The translations under genes and the position numbers were made by a program. From a virus (Duplodnaviria > Caudoviricetes), in IMG/VR virus record IMGVR_UViG_3300046778_000014, positions 1 through 28,442 of that record: a DNA stretch of 28,442 nucleotides; one strand, given 5' to 3'. Positions 7,126-16,109 of this stretch are shown piece after piece (the stretch's first letter is position 1; each line of letters starts with the position of its first letter). The notes beneath the pieces were generated by a model. It was not told where the DNA came from. It saw only the letters and a list, made by a program, of their open reading frames with translations, and did no database searches.

Positions 7126-9525
7126 ATGAAAGTAAAGACAGACATAACGCTTAATATAGCAACGGCTAATAGTCGTAAGGCTAAGGTTTGGAAAAACCAA
7201 AAAACATCGTGGACGGACTTAGTTATAACATTAGCTAATACCCAACGCACGAAGGAGACTATTAAGGAATACCTTAAACTCCCCAAGGATAAGCAAGACG
7301 AGATAAAGGACGTGGGCGGGTTTGTAGGTGGATACCTTAACGAAGGGAAACGCCGTAACGGTTACGTCCGTTATAGACAGCTTGTCTGTTTAGATATTGA
7401 CTTCGGAAACCTCGAAATATGGGAAGCGTTTAAGGCACAAGGTTACGCGGGATTAGTGTACTCAACACATAAGCACACCCCGGAGAACCCGCGCTTACGT
7501 CTTGTATTCCCCCTAGACCGCCAAGTAAGCGTAGACGAGTACGAGGCTATCGCCCGTATGGTTGCCAGTTGGTTCGGTATCGACAAGTTAGACGATACGA
7601 CTTACCAAGCGGCCCGACTTATGTATTACCCATCTACAAGTAAGGACGGGGTATATTATTTCGACCACGTAGACGCCCCCGTTATGAGAGCGGACGAGGT
7701 GCTAAACGAGTACGACGATTGGACTAATACCTTAGATTGGCCCGTAAGCTCTAGGGTTAAAGACGTGGTACATAACGGAGGTGCTAAGCAAGAAGACCCC
7801 GCAGAAAAGCCCGGAATAGTCGGAGCGTTTTGTAGGGCCTTCGGGATAGTAGAAGCTATTAACGAGTTCCTTAGCGACGTATACGAACCTAGCGAGTTAG
7901 GAGCGGATAGATATACCTATACTAGCGGTTCGACCTCTGGGGGACTTATCATTTACGATAATAAGTTATGCTACTCCCACCACGGAACCGACCCAATAAG
8001 CGGTAAGACTTGTAACGCCTTCGACCTAGTAAGGTTACATAAGTTCGGAGATATGGATAAAGATAGCCGGGAGGATACACCCGTTACAACCTTACCGAGC
8101 TATAAACGTATGATTACGTTTGCTACCAAGCAAAAACCCGTTAAGGCACTTATAGCGGAGGAGAAACTTAAAGAGGCCGCCGAAGAGTTCGGACTAGACC
8201 CGTTAGACGGAGAGGATACCGAAGAGTCTAAAGCGTGGCTTAAACGTTTGGAGTCCGACAATAAGGAAAATATTAAGAACACGATTAATAATGTAACTAT
8301 CGTATTGGAGAACGATAAGAACCTAGCGGGTAAGTTCGCTTACAACGAGTTCGAGCAAAGGGAAGTAGCTCTTACTTCTTTGTTTTGGGACAAGCCCGAC
8401 AAGAAATACCCTAGACCTCTTACCGATGCAGACGACGCGGAGCTTATACTTTATTTCGAGCGGGTATACAATATTACGCATAAGGAGAACATACGCTTAG
8501 GTCTTACCGTAGTAACCAAGGCTAACGGATTCCACCCGGTTAAGCAATACCTAAACGCCCTAGAATGGGACGGGGAGGAAAGGCTAGATACTCTCCTTAT
8601 AGATTGTTTCGGAGCGGAGGATACACCATACACCCGTGCCGTTACCCGTAAGACTTTAGTAGCGGGTATAGCTAGGATATACGACCCCGGTTGTAAGTTC
8701 GACCACGTACTAACCCTCGTAGGCGAAGAGCGTAAAGGGAAAAGTACCATATTCGACAAGCTCGGTAAATCTTGGTTCTCCGACTCCCTTTACGATATTA
8801 AAGGCAAAGAAGCCGCCGAACAACTACAAGGGGTTTGGATTCTCGAAATGGCGGAGAGTACCGCCGTTAAAAATGCGGATGTAAACACAGTTAAACAATT
8901 CTTATCTAAACGTACCGACCGATACCGTGTAGCTTATGGTAGACGTACGGAGGATTTCCCTAGGCAATGTATTATAGTAGCAACGGGTAACGACCAAGAT
9001 TTTTTAAAGGACGCAACGGGTAACCGCCGCTTTTGGGTTATAGACTTCCTAGGGCGTAAAGGTTCTAAACCTCCTTGGGGATTGGACGAGGATACTATTA
9101 ACCAACTTTGGGCGGAAGCCAAAGACCGTTATTTTGAAGGAGAGACCCTATACTTACCCGAAGAGCTAGAACTTGTAGCCCGTGATATTCAAGACGCACA
9201 TTTACAAAGAGACGAACGTAGCGGGTTAATCGAGGAGTACCTTAATATGCTACTCCCGGACGATTGGGATAGTAAGGACTTATTCGAGCGTCGTAATTGG
9301 TTAGAGGATAAAAACCGTAAAGGAGGGACAATAAAACGTACTAAGGTTTGCATTGCGGAGATTTGGGCGGAGTGCTTAGGTAAGAGCGTTGGGGAGATTC
9401 CGCGTAAGGAGTCGTACGCTATTAGCCGTATTATGAAAACTAATAGGGATTGGAAACCCGCTAAGAGGGCTATAAAATTTAGATTATACGGAGCGCAGAA
9501 AGGATATGAAAGAACGGAGGAATAA
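7126..9525 (+). CDS. Primase-helicase: N-terminal primase-polymerase-like domain plus virulence-associated E (VirE/VapE) P-loop domain
   Basis: DVGGFVGG, CLDID, STHKH, PRLRLVFPL, YSHHGTDP; Walker A GEERKGKST, WILEMAE, YRVAYGR, DATGNRRFW. Confidence 0.92.
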   Translation: MKVKTDITLNIATANSRKAKVWKNQKTSWTDLVITLANTQRTKETIKEYLKLPKDKQDEIKDVGGFVGGYLNEGKRRNGYVRYRQLVCLDIDFGNLEIWEAFKAQGYAGLVYSTHKHTPENPRLRLVFPLDRQVSVDEYEAIARMVASWFGIDKLDDTTYQAARLMYYPSTSKDGVYYFDHVDAPVMRADEVLNEYDDWTNTLDWPVSSRVKDVVHNGGAKQEDPAEKPGIVGAFCRAFGIVEAINEFLSDVYEPSELGADRYTYTSGSTSGGLIIYDNKLCYSHHGTDPISGKTCNAFDLVRLHKFGDMDKDSREDTPVTTLPSYKRMITFATKQKPVKALIAEEKLKEAAEEFGLDPLDGEDTEESKAWLKRLESDNKENIKNTINNVTIVLENDKNLAGKFAYNEFEQREVALTSLFWDKPDKKYPRPLTDADDAELILYFERVYNITHKENIRLGLTVVTKANGFHPVKQYLNALEWDGEERLDTLLIDCFGAEDTPYTRAVTRKTLVAGIARIYDPGCKFDHVLTLVGEERKGKSTIFDKLGKSWFSDSLYDIKGKEAAEQLQGVWILEMAESTAVKNADVNTVKQFLSKRTDRYRVAYGRRTEDFPRQCIIVATGNDQDFLKDATGNRRFWVIDFLGRKGSKPPWGLDEDTINQLWAEAKDRYFEGETLYLPEELELVARDIQDAHLQRDERSGLIEEYLNMLLPDDWDSKDLFERRNWLEDKNRKGGTIKRTKVCIAEIWAECLGKSVGEIPRKESYAISRIMKTNRDWKPAKRAIKFRLYGAQKGYERTEE

Positions 9526-9933
9526 GGTAACCAAAGAACCGAAAAACGGGGTAACCAAAATTAAACGGGTTAAGAAAAATATAAACGAAGGAGCGTTTAA
9601 ACCGAGTAAGCTAAGCAAGCCGAAACGTTTAAACGCTCCTTCGTTTAAGTCGGTAACTAGAATTTGGTTACTATCCTTTTTTTGGTTACCGCTTTGGTTA
9701 CCTACTAAACTGCTATTATTTAAGTATTTAGACTATGGGGTAACCAAAGTAACCAAAATATACAGTAAAACAAATTTAGGTAATTTATATAGTAGAACGC
9801 TAAAAACGGTAGCGACCGCACACACGTATATACCCCTCTATATAGTTTCGTCGGTTTTTTGGTTACTCTGGTTACCTTTTGGCTTTACGTGTTGATTTAT
9901 AGATTATTAAACGGTAACCAAAGCGGTAACCAA
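9526..9933. repeat. Iteron and inverted-repeat region, candidate replication origin
   Basis: Twelve GGTAACC/GGTTACC-type motifs in both orientations and three inverted-repeat pairs of 20-21 bp between the primase stop and the VRR-NUC start. Origin function is inference. Confidence 0.7.
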
Positions 9934-9948
9934 CAATTTTATTTAGTT

Positions 9949-10230
9949 ATGAGAGAAAAGACAATAGAGCAATACCTTGTAAAGAGGGTACACAAGATAG
10001 GAGGAGAGGCGGTAAAGTTCGTCCCTACGTTTTTCGTAGGCTTCCCGGATAGGATAGTACTAATGCCAAAAGCGGCGGTATACTTTGTAGAGTTAAAAGC
10101 ACCGGGTAAAAAACCTAGTCCCGTACAATTACAAGTACACTCTCAATTAGAAGCGTTAGGACATGAAATATTTGTTATCGACTCCAAAGAGGGAGTAGAC
10201 GAGTTTATTAACCTAATAGCTATCCAATGA
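9949..10230 (+). CDS. VRR-NUC domain nuclease
   Basis: MREKTIEQYL...GFPDRIVL...FVELKAPGKKPSPVQ; ATG at 9949 preferred to the track start at 9859, which lies inside the repeats. Confidence 0.9.
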   Translation: MREKTIEQYLVKRVHKIGGEAVKFVPTFFVGFPDRIVLMPKAAVYFVELKAPGKKPSPVQLQVHSQLEALGHEIFVIDSKEGVDEFINLIAIQ

Positions 10231-11582
10231 AAGAATTTAAGTTTAGACCATACCAACGCAAAGCATTTAGTAGGATGCTAGCTAATAAGCATTTCGCACT
10301 ATTCGCGGGGATGTCTTTAGGTAAGACGGCTTTAACGTTATCACTAATTGACTTCGTAATGTACGACGATGCGGAAATAACTAAGGTCTTCGTAATATCC
10401 CATAAGGACGTAGTTACTACCCAATGGCCCGAAGAGGTCGCTAAGTGGTCGAGCTTCCAACATTTACGGGTGTCGGTTTGTGTCGGTACTCCTAAACAAC
10501 GGGAGGAAGCACTAAAACAAGATGCAGATATTTATACCATAAATCCCCAAAACGTAGAATGGCTATTTAAGTATTACGGTAAGAACTTTCCCGCTAACGC
10601 CATGCTAGTTATAGACGAGTCCACGATATACAAGAACCGGGAAAGTAATAGGTTTAAGTTACTCGCTAAAAGACGAGACGTATTTAAACGGATAATAGAG
10701 CTTACGGGAACCCCAACACCGAAAGGACTTATAAACCTATACAGTCAAATATACATTTTAGACGGAGGGGTAAGACTCGGTAAGACGTTTGAGGAGTTCG
10801 CCTACAAATATTTTAAAGTAAAAGCACATGGAGCGTATAAGGAGTACATACCGAAAGCTGGGGCGAAGGAGGCTATAATGGAACGTATAAAAGACATTTG
10901 CCTAAGTATGGAGACACGGGACTACCTAGACCTCCCCGAAGTGATTACGGACGATATACGGATACGCTTTAGCCCCGAAGACCTAAAGGAGTATAAACGT
11001 TTTACGGCTACTTACGTACTACCGTTAGACAAAGATACGTTAACAGTCCGTACCGCCGCGTCCCTTACTAACAAGCTCCAACAATACACCGCGGGAGCTA
11101 TCTACGACAACGAGGAGGAAAAGAACGTAATACCGCTAAACACTTACAAACTAGATGCTTTAGAGGGGTATGTGGATAAAACGGACGAGCCCGTAATAGT
11201 CGCTTATAATTTTAGGTTCGACCTCGACCGTCTTAAGGAGCGTTTCCCCTATGCCGTGGAGTATAGTAGCGAGGTTAAAAAAGATTGGGACGCGGGTAAA
11301 ATCCGTATGCTCTTAATGAGTCCGCACAAAACCGCCCACGGGCTTAACCTCCAATACGGAGGACGACGGTTAGTCTTCTACTCCCTTATATGGGACTTGG
11401 AGAAATACCTACAACTATTCGGACGTATCGACCGGGACGGGCAAACCAAGCCCCCGATATTAACGCGAATAATAATACGGGAGACGGTAGACGTTCGGAT
11501 AGTCCGAACCCTCGATACACGGGGACAAGACCAAAGAGATATAGTAGATTATGTTAAACTTTTAATAGACGAGTACAAATGA
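10227..11582 (+). CDS. SNF2-related (SF2) helicase
   Basis: FRPYQ, GMSLGKT (Walker A), LVIDES (Walker B), LTGTP, HGLNLQ, QLFGRIDRDGQ. Confidence 0.92.
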   Translation: MKEFKFRPYQRKAFSRMLANKHFALFAGMSLGKTALTLSLIDFVMYDDAEITKVFVISHKDVVTTQWPEEVAKWSSFQHLRVSVCVGTPKQREEALKQDADIYTINPQNVEWLFKYYGKNFPANAMLVIDESTIYKNRESNRFKLLAKRRDVFKRIIELTGTPTPKGLINLYSQIYILDGGVRLGKTFEEFAYKYFKVKAHGAYKEYIPKAGAKEAIMERIKDICLSMETRDYLDLPEVITDDIRIRFSPEDLKEYKRFTATYVLPLDKDTLTVRTAASLTNKLQQYTAGAIYDNEEEKNVIPLNTYKLDALEGYVDKTDEPVIVAYNFRFDLDRLKERFPYAVEYSSEVKKDWDAGKIRMLLMSPHKTAHGLNLQYGGRRLVFYSLIWDLEKYLQLFGRIDRDGQTKPPILTRIIIRETVDVRIVRTLDTRGQDQRDIVDYVKLLIDEYK

Positions 11583-12193
11583 GATTAGCAAATAGTAACG
11601 GAGGAAACAAGGGTAAAAAGTATATCCGCTTAACCGGGGACGAGGAGATAACCCCGGACAGAGCTAAGGAGGTGCTACGGTTTACTAAATGGTTTAACGA
11701 TAATTGCGGAGATATAAGCAACTCGATAACAACTAAGGAAGAGATAGACCCGGAAGTATTCGCGGACACCTACCTAAGTATGTACGACGCAATAGCGTTT
11801 AAACGCTTAAATACAAAAGACTATAAGGCCTATTTTTGCCGGGCTTATTACACCAACAAAATAGCGACACAAACGAGAGAACTAAAAAGGGATTCCCGGC
11901 ACTACGATTTAGACGGTTCTTGGAATATCCCCGATGAGGATAAGTATAACGAGGATACCGTAAAAGAAGCGGAGCAACTAAATAACGATATTTTAGGCTA
12001 CGTCCGTATCTCTTACGAGCCTATCGAGTACTCCCTATTCGAGATTTACATACACGCAAAACCCGCAATGTCGTACAAGGAATTAAGCAAGCTAACCAAG
12101 ATACCGTACTACCGTATAGCGGCGTCCTTGTCTACTATCCTTAAAGACGTAAGGGAGGTATTTAGGGGGTGTAAAGAGTCGATTATAGGGTAA
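11579..12193 (+). CDS. Putative ECF/sigma-70-like or HTH late transcription factor
   Basis: 204 aa; region-2-like DPEVFADTYLSMY...YKAYFCRAYYTN and region-4-like HTH YSLFEIY...MSYKELSKLTKIPYYRIAASL; last gene before the late genes. Confidence 0.6.
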   Translation: MRLANSNGGNKGKKYIRLTGDEEITPDRAKEVLRFTKWFNDNCGDISNSITTKEEIDPEVFADTYLSMYDAIAFKRLNTKDYKAYFCRAYYTNKIATQTRELKRDSRHYDLDGSWNIPDEDKYNEDTVKEAEQLNNDILGYVRISYEPIEYSLFEIYIHAKPAMSYKELSKLTKIPYYRIAASLSTILKDVREVFRGCKESIIG

Positions 12194-12208
12194 ATTATCT
12201 ATACTATA
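12194..12208 (+). promoter_or_regulatory. Candidate late promoter, copy 1 (ATTATCTATACTATA)
   Basis: Matches the WTTATCTATAHTMTA consensus shared by five intergenic sites; precedes the packaging/lysis genes. Confidence 0.72.
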
Positions 12209-12235
12209 ACAGATGTTTAACTAAAACGAATAATT

Positions 12236-12538
12236 ATGTTACTAACATTTTTCGCTTTTTGCTTCGTGTTGCAATTCGCAATAATAGCGGCCTTCGTATT
12301 AGGGTTCTTCTTTACGGAAAAGACGAAACCCGTAATAAACGTAAAGCCTTTCAACTGTAGACCGTGCCTAACATTTTGGTTTAGTCTAGGTTTTGGAGCT
12401 TTAACGGTGTACCTCTTTACGCGGTATTTCGGCGTTCCTCCTACTCTTACGTATATGTTTATCGCTTCGGCTATTGTGGTGTTGGCTAGTTACATTAACT
12501 ACCTAACGGCTAAACTTAATACAAAAGTAGTACCATGA
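12236..12538 (+). CDS. Small membrane protein with KPFNCxxCxxFW motif (DUF1360-like)
   Basis: Three hydrophobic segments and KPFNCRPCLTFW. Confidence 0.7.
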   Translation: MLLTFFAFCFVLQFAIIAAFVLGFFFTEKTKPVINVKPFNCRPCLTFWFSLGFGALTVYLFTRYFGVPPTLTYMFIASAIVVLASYINYLTAKLNTKVVP

Positions 12539-12792
12539 GTAAAAAACAAAAGACCTTAGTACAACGAGCTAAGGAACTCGTCGAGGAGGTAAAACGTACA
12601 CACGTCCACAGCATGAGTAAGATATACGGAATGTACAACGAGATAACGGGTAAAAGCGAAGTACCGCAAAGTTGCCCGTCTTGTCTTGTCCGTAAGGTAA
12701 ACTTTATCGAGAGTTGGGTAGCGACGGAGGAGAAACGCCTAGCGTCGGTAGTACCGACTTTAGATAAGGAGGAAAAAGAGGAGGAGGTTTAA
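12535..12792 (+). CDS. Hypothetical protein with CxxC motif
   Basis: 85 aa, YNEITG...SCPSCL; ATGA overlap with the previous gene. Confidence 0.72.
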   Translation: MSKKQKTLVQRAKELVEEVKRTHVHSMSKIYGMYNEITGKSEVPQSCPSCLVRKVNFIESWVATEEKRLASVVPTLDKEEKEEEV

Positions 12793-12794
12793 CC

Positions 12795-13331
12795 ATGTCA
12801 GAAAAACAAGCCGAAGAGAAAAAACCAAAAACACCGTTTTGGAAGTTGCGAGGGGTTAATAAGGGTATACCAATATTCGAGAACCCCGCGGAGCTTTGGG
12901 AGGCGGCTTGCGACTACTTTAAGTTTATAGACGATAACCCGCACCCCCAAGCGGAGTTAGTTAAGTACAAAGGTTCGGCGACTTTGGAGGAAGTCCCTAA
13001 AATGAAACCTTATACCCTTAGCGGGCTTTGTTTCTTTCTCGGTTGTTCGGAGTCTTATTTTAGAGTCTTTAAGCATAACATACGGGAAAGGGAAGCGGCG
13101 GGAAAGTCGCTAACGACGGATACCGCTTTTATGGAAACTATAGAAGCTATCGAGCAAGTGATAGAGACCCAACAACTAGAGGGAGCTATGGTTGGAGCCT
13201 TTAACTATAATATCGTCCGTGCTAAACTCGGATTAGTGGATAAGCAAGACGTTACGTCTAACGGCGAGACGATACTTAATATTAACGTGCAAAAAGGTAA
13301 AGACCTTAAAAATATGGAAGGGTTAGATTAG
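12795..13331 (+). CDS. terS: Terminase small subunit (P22 gp3-like DNA-packaging protein)
   Basis: FENPAELWEAACDYF, KPYTLSGLCFFLG, QQLEGAMVGAFNYNIVRAKLGLVDKQ; upstream of TerL. Confidence 0.85.
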   Translation: MSEKQAEEKKPKTPFWKLRGVNKGIPIFENPAELWEAACDYFKFIDDNPHPQAELVKYKGSATLEEVPKMKPYTLSGLCFFLGCSESYFRVFKHNIREREAAGKSLTTDTAFMETIEAIEQVIETQQLEGAMVGAFNYNIVRAKLGLVDKQDVTSNGETILNINVQKGKDLKNMEGLD

Positions 13332-13468
13332 TGAAAAAACTATTATGTAAAATCCTAGGACACCGATACGACTTTAGGCTAAGCGTACGCCTTTGCACTA
13401 GATGCGGACATACTCGGTGGAACCCTCCAACAAAAAATAAAAGTGATGGATACAACAACAGTATTTAG
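13331..13468 (+). CDS. Small Cys/His zinc-binding protein (DUF1660-like, 45 aa), not in the ORF track
   Basis: GTG overlapping the terS stop; MKKLLCKILGHRYDFRLSVRLCTRCGHTRWNPPTKNKSDGYNNSI* with the LLCxxxGH...CxRCG pattern. Confidence 0.68.
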   Translation: MKKLLCKILGHRYDFRLSVRLCTRCGHTRWNPPTKNKSDGYNNSI

Positions 13469-14615
13469 TAACAATCTACAAGCATATAGAGACGGATACC
13501 GAACTATAGTAAATAAGGGCGGTACTCGTTCCTCTAAGACTTGGAGTGTCTTACAACTACTCTACGTTATAGCCGTTAAATCTAAAAAACCGAGATTAAT
13601 AAGCGTCGTATCGGAGTCTTTCCCGCATTTAAAAAGAGGGTGTATACGAGATTTTGAAAAGATGCTTAAGGACGACGGGCTTTGGAAGGATTCCGATTGG
13701 AACGCAACCGATAAAATATACCGGGTTGGGGATAGTGCTATAGAATTTTTTGGAGTCGATAGCCCGGCAAAGGTACACGGCCCCGCCCGTGATATTCTCT
13801 ATATGAACGAATGTATAAATATTCCGTATGAGGTGTACCGCCAACTTATGGCCCGTACTACGGAAACTATTTTTTTAGACTACAACCCCGCTTTTGAGTT
13901 TTGGGTAGACGAGAAGGTACTACCCGAAAGCGACGCTTTACTTATACACTCAACTTACAAAGATAACGAGATGTTAAGCCCCGCCCAAGTGAAGGACATA
14001 GAACGACAAAAAGACGTAGACCCGGATTGGTTTAACGTTTATGGTTTAGGGCTAACGGGTAAGCTAACGGGTACTATCCTTACTAATTGGGACATAGTTA
14101 CGGATATGCCTAATATCTACAAACGCCGCTTTATAGGTATTGACTTCGGATTTACTAACGACCCTACGGCTATAGTGGATAATGTGCTAGCAGAGGGGGG
14201 CGTATGGATAGACGAGATAGCGTACGACCGTGGACTAACCAACCCGGATATAGCCCGAATAATCATAGACCGCGTAGGTAAAGGCGTACCTATCGTTGCG
14301 GATAGTGCGGAGCCTAAAAGTATAGCGGAGTTAAAAAGTTTCGGCTTAAATGTTGAGGGAGCGCTAAAAGGCCCCGACTCCGTTAATACGGGTATTCAAG
14401 TAATGAACCGATACAAGAAACATATAACGCAAAGGTCTACTAACGTATTGGACGAGTACCGTCGTTACCGTTGGGCGGAGGATAAAAACGGAAATACGCT
14501 AAACGTACCTATCGACAAGTACAACCATAGTATAGACGCTCAACGGTATGTATTCCTAAATAAGTTCTCCAACCTTGGGGGTTCTTTCTCCGTATCGAGT
14601 ATTAAACGAAACTAA
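13443..14615 (+). CDS. terL: Terminase large subunit (PBSX family)
   Basis: Walker A GGTRSSKT, Walker B ILYMNE, DYNP, STYKDN, nuclease GIDFGFTNDP, ADSAEPKSI, NHSIDAQRY. Confidence 0.96.
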   Translation: MMDTTTVFSNNLQAYRDGYRTIVNKGGTRSSKTWSVLQLLYVIAVKSKKPRLISVVSESFPHLKRGCIRDFEKMLKDDGLWKDSDWNATDKIYRVGDSAIEFFGVDSPAKVHGPARDILYMNECINIPYEVYRQLMARTTETIFLDYNPAFEFWVDEKVLPESDALLIHSTYKDNEMLSPAQVKDIERQKDVDPDWFNVYGLGLTGKLTGTILTNWDIVTDMPNIYKRRFIGIDFGFTNDPTAIVDNVLAEGGVWIDEIAYDRGLTNPDIARIIIDRVGKGVPIVADSAEPKSIAELKSFGLNVEGALKGPDSVNTGIQVMNRYKKHITQRSTNVLDEYRRYRWAEDKNGNTLNVPIDKYNHSIDAQRYVFLNKFSNLGGSFSVSSIKRN

Positions 14616-14625
14616 ATATAACAGT

Positions 14626-15117
14626 ATGGAACAAATTAGAAAAAACTTTAAAATGTCGGAGTTTGCGGTAAGTGCTACAGCCGCCGCAAAAGGGATAAGT
14701 ATAACCATCCCGGAAGACAAGAAACCCGCTATTAGGGCGTTAGTATCAAAATTATTACAACCTATTTGCGACGCTACCGGGTGGAGGGATAAAGTTAATA
14801 GCGGGTATAGGTCTCCCGAAGTAAACAAGCTAGTAGGCGGGGCGGTCTCGTCTCAACACATGAAAGGCGAAGCGGCCGACAATATGTTTTTTAGCGAAAC
14901 GATAGAGAAACGACCCGACGGTAAACGTACGGTAACGTACATACAGCCTATAGACGTGCTACGTAAAGTCGTAGAGCTAAAGCTAGACTTTGACCAAATG
15001 ATAGCTTACCCTGCGTTTGTGCATCTTTCTTATATTCGATACAACGAGGAGAAAGGAAAGAACCCGAACCGCAAACAAATTTTGTATAATAGTTCCTATA
15101 AAGGCCCGCGGTTATGA
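14626..15117 (+). CDS. Endolysin, peptidase M15 family
   Basis: NFKMSEF, SGYRSPEVN, SQHMKGEAAD, FVHLS zinc-binding motifs; ATG at 14626 preferred to the track start at 14575. Confidence 0.9.
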   Translation: MEQIRKNFKMSEFAVSATAAAKGISITIPEDKKPAIRALVSKLLQPICDATGWRDKVNSGYRSPEVNKLVGGAVSSQHMKGEAADNMFFSETIEKRPDGKRTVTYIQPIDVLRKVVELKLDFDQMIAYPAFVHLSYIRYNEEKGKNPNRKQILYNSSYKGPRL

Positions 15118-15614
15118 AAGATAGGATATTATATTATGTGTTTTTTATAGTGTTGGGTGTTGGTGCGGGTGTAACCTTCGGCACAATGTTTAAAGGGTGT
15201 TCTTCCCCCGAATATACAAACAGTACCCAAAGCGACACCATACGGATAAGCGATACTATCGTAATACGCGACACAATACGGATAAGAGAGCCTAAGCCGT
15301 ATTACGTTGAGGTCGTAAGAACGGACACACTCGTATTTAAGGATACGCTTAAGGTTCCTATACCAATAGAACAAAAGACCTATAAGACGGAAGACTATAA
15401 AGCGGTAATAGAAGGATATAAGCCTAACCTCCTTAGTATAGATTTATATAAAAAGGAGACATTAATTAGAGATACGGTAAAAATAAATAACACAATAACT
15501 AAATTAAAGCCTCCGCGTTGGGTTATTTCGGTAGGCCCCGGAATTGGTTACGGCCCTAAAGGTGTAGAGCCCTATATAGGAATTAACGCGGGGTTCGTTA
15601 TATGGTGCAAATAA
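15114..15614 (+). CDS. Putative spanin-like lysis protein
   Basis: N-terminal hydrophobic segment followed by KGC, DT[I/V]-rich extended region and C-terminal Gly/aromatic beta hairpin; directly after the endolysin. Confidence 0.6.
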   Translation: MKDRILYYVFFIVLGVGAGVTFGTMFKGCSSPEYTNSTQSDTIRISDTIVIRDTIRIREPKPYYVEVVRTDTLVFKDTLKVPIPIEQKTYKTEDYKAVIEGYKPNLLSIDLYKKETLIRDTVKINNTITKLKPPRWVISVGPGIGYGPKGVEPYIGINAGFVIWCK

Positions 15615-15615
15615 G

Positions 15616-15641
15616 AAAAGCGGGTTAATCCCCGCTTTTTT
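15616..15641. terminator. Bidirectional Rho-independent terminator
   Basis: AAAAGCGGG-TTAATC-CCCGCTTTTTT between convergent genes. Confidence 0.8.
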
Positions 15642-16107
15642 CGTCTTCTCCTTCTTTCTCCGTTTCCCGTTTTATGATCTCGGCAAAAGCCTTTAGCAAG
15701 TCTCCGCGATTTTCCAATACCGATAGAATCGCTTGTATATCTTTGTTTGCACGCCTTCGTGCTTTTTCGTCCCACTTTTCCCGAACGCTTAGCCACTCGA
15801 TAACGACTAAGTACAGAGCCCCTCCAAAAGTAACGAAAGGTAAAGGGTAACTCTCCAAAACCGATAAAAGGAGGTCTATAAGTGTAGACACCAACAACAA
15901 GCTATAATAATCTTTAAACTTACTAACGGTGCGGCGTAACCCGTAAGACGTCCGAGCCTCTCCCGCGGCTTTAGCCTTCATAACCCCGGTAATAAGGTCT
16001 ATTATTATAGCACAAAGAACAACCACGTAGGGGACAACTAAAATAGCGGCTTCTTTTTGTAGAGCTTCAAAATCCCCGCCCATGTATTTAGATATAAATA
16101 ATAACAT
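15625..16107 (-). CDS. Phage holin
   Basis: IDLITGVMKAK...RTSYGLRRTVSK...IEWLSVREK with three hydrophobic segments and a charged C-terminal tail. Confidence 0.85.
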   Translation of the reverse strand: MLLFISKYMGGDFEALQKEAAILVVPYVVVLCAIIIDLITGVMKAKAAGEARTSYGLRRTVSKFKDYYSLLLVSTLIDLLLSVLESYPLPFVTFGGALYLVVIEWLSVREKWDEKARRRANKDIQAILSVLENRGDLLKAFAEIIKRETEKEGEDEKSGD

Positions 16108-16109
16108 AA

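Noticed and set aside
9506-9895. 129-aa ORF, and the N-terminal extension of VRR-NUC from 9859
   Set aside because: The translations (VTK, WLP, GNQ repeats) simply mirror the GGTAACC/GGTTACC iterons; most likely non-coding.
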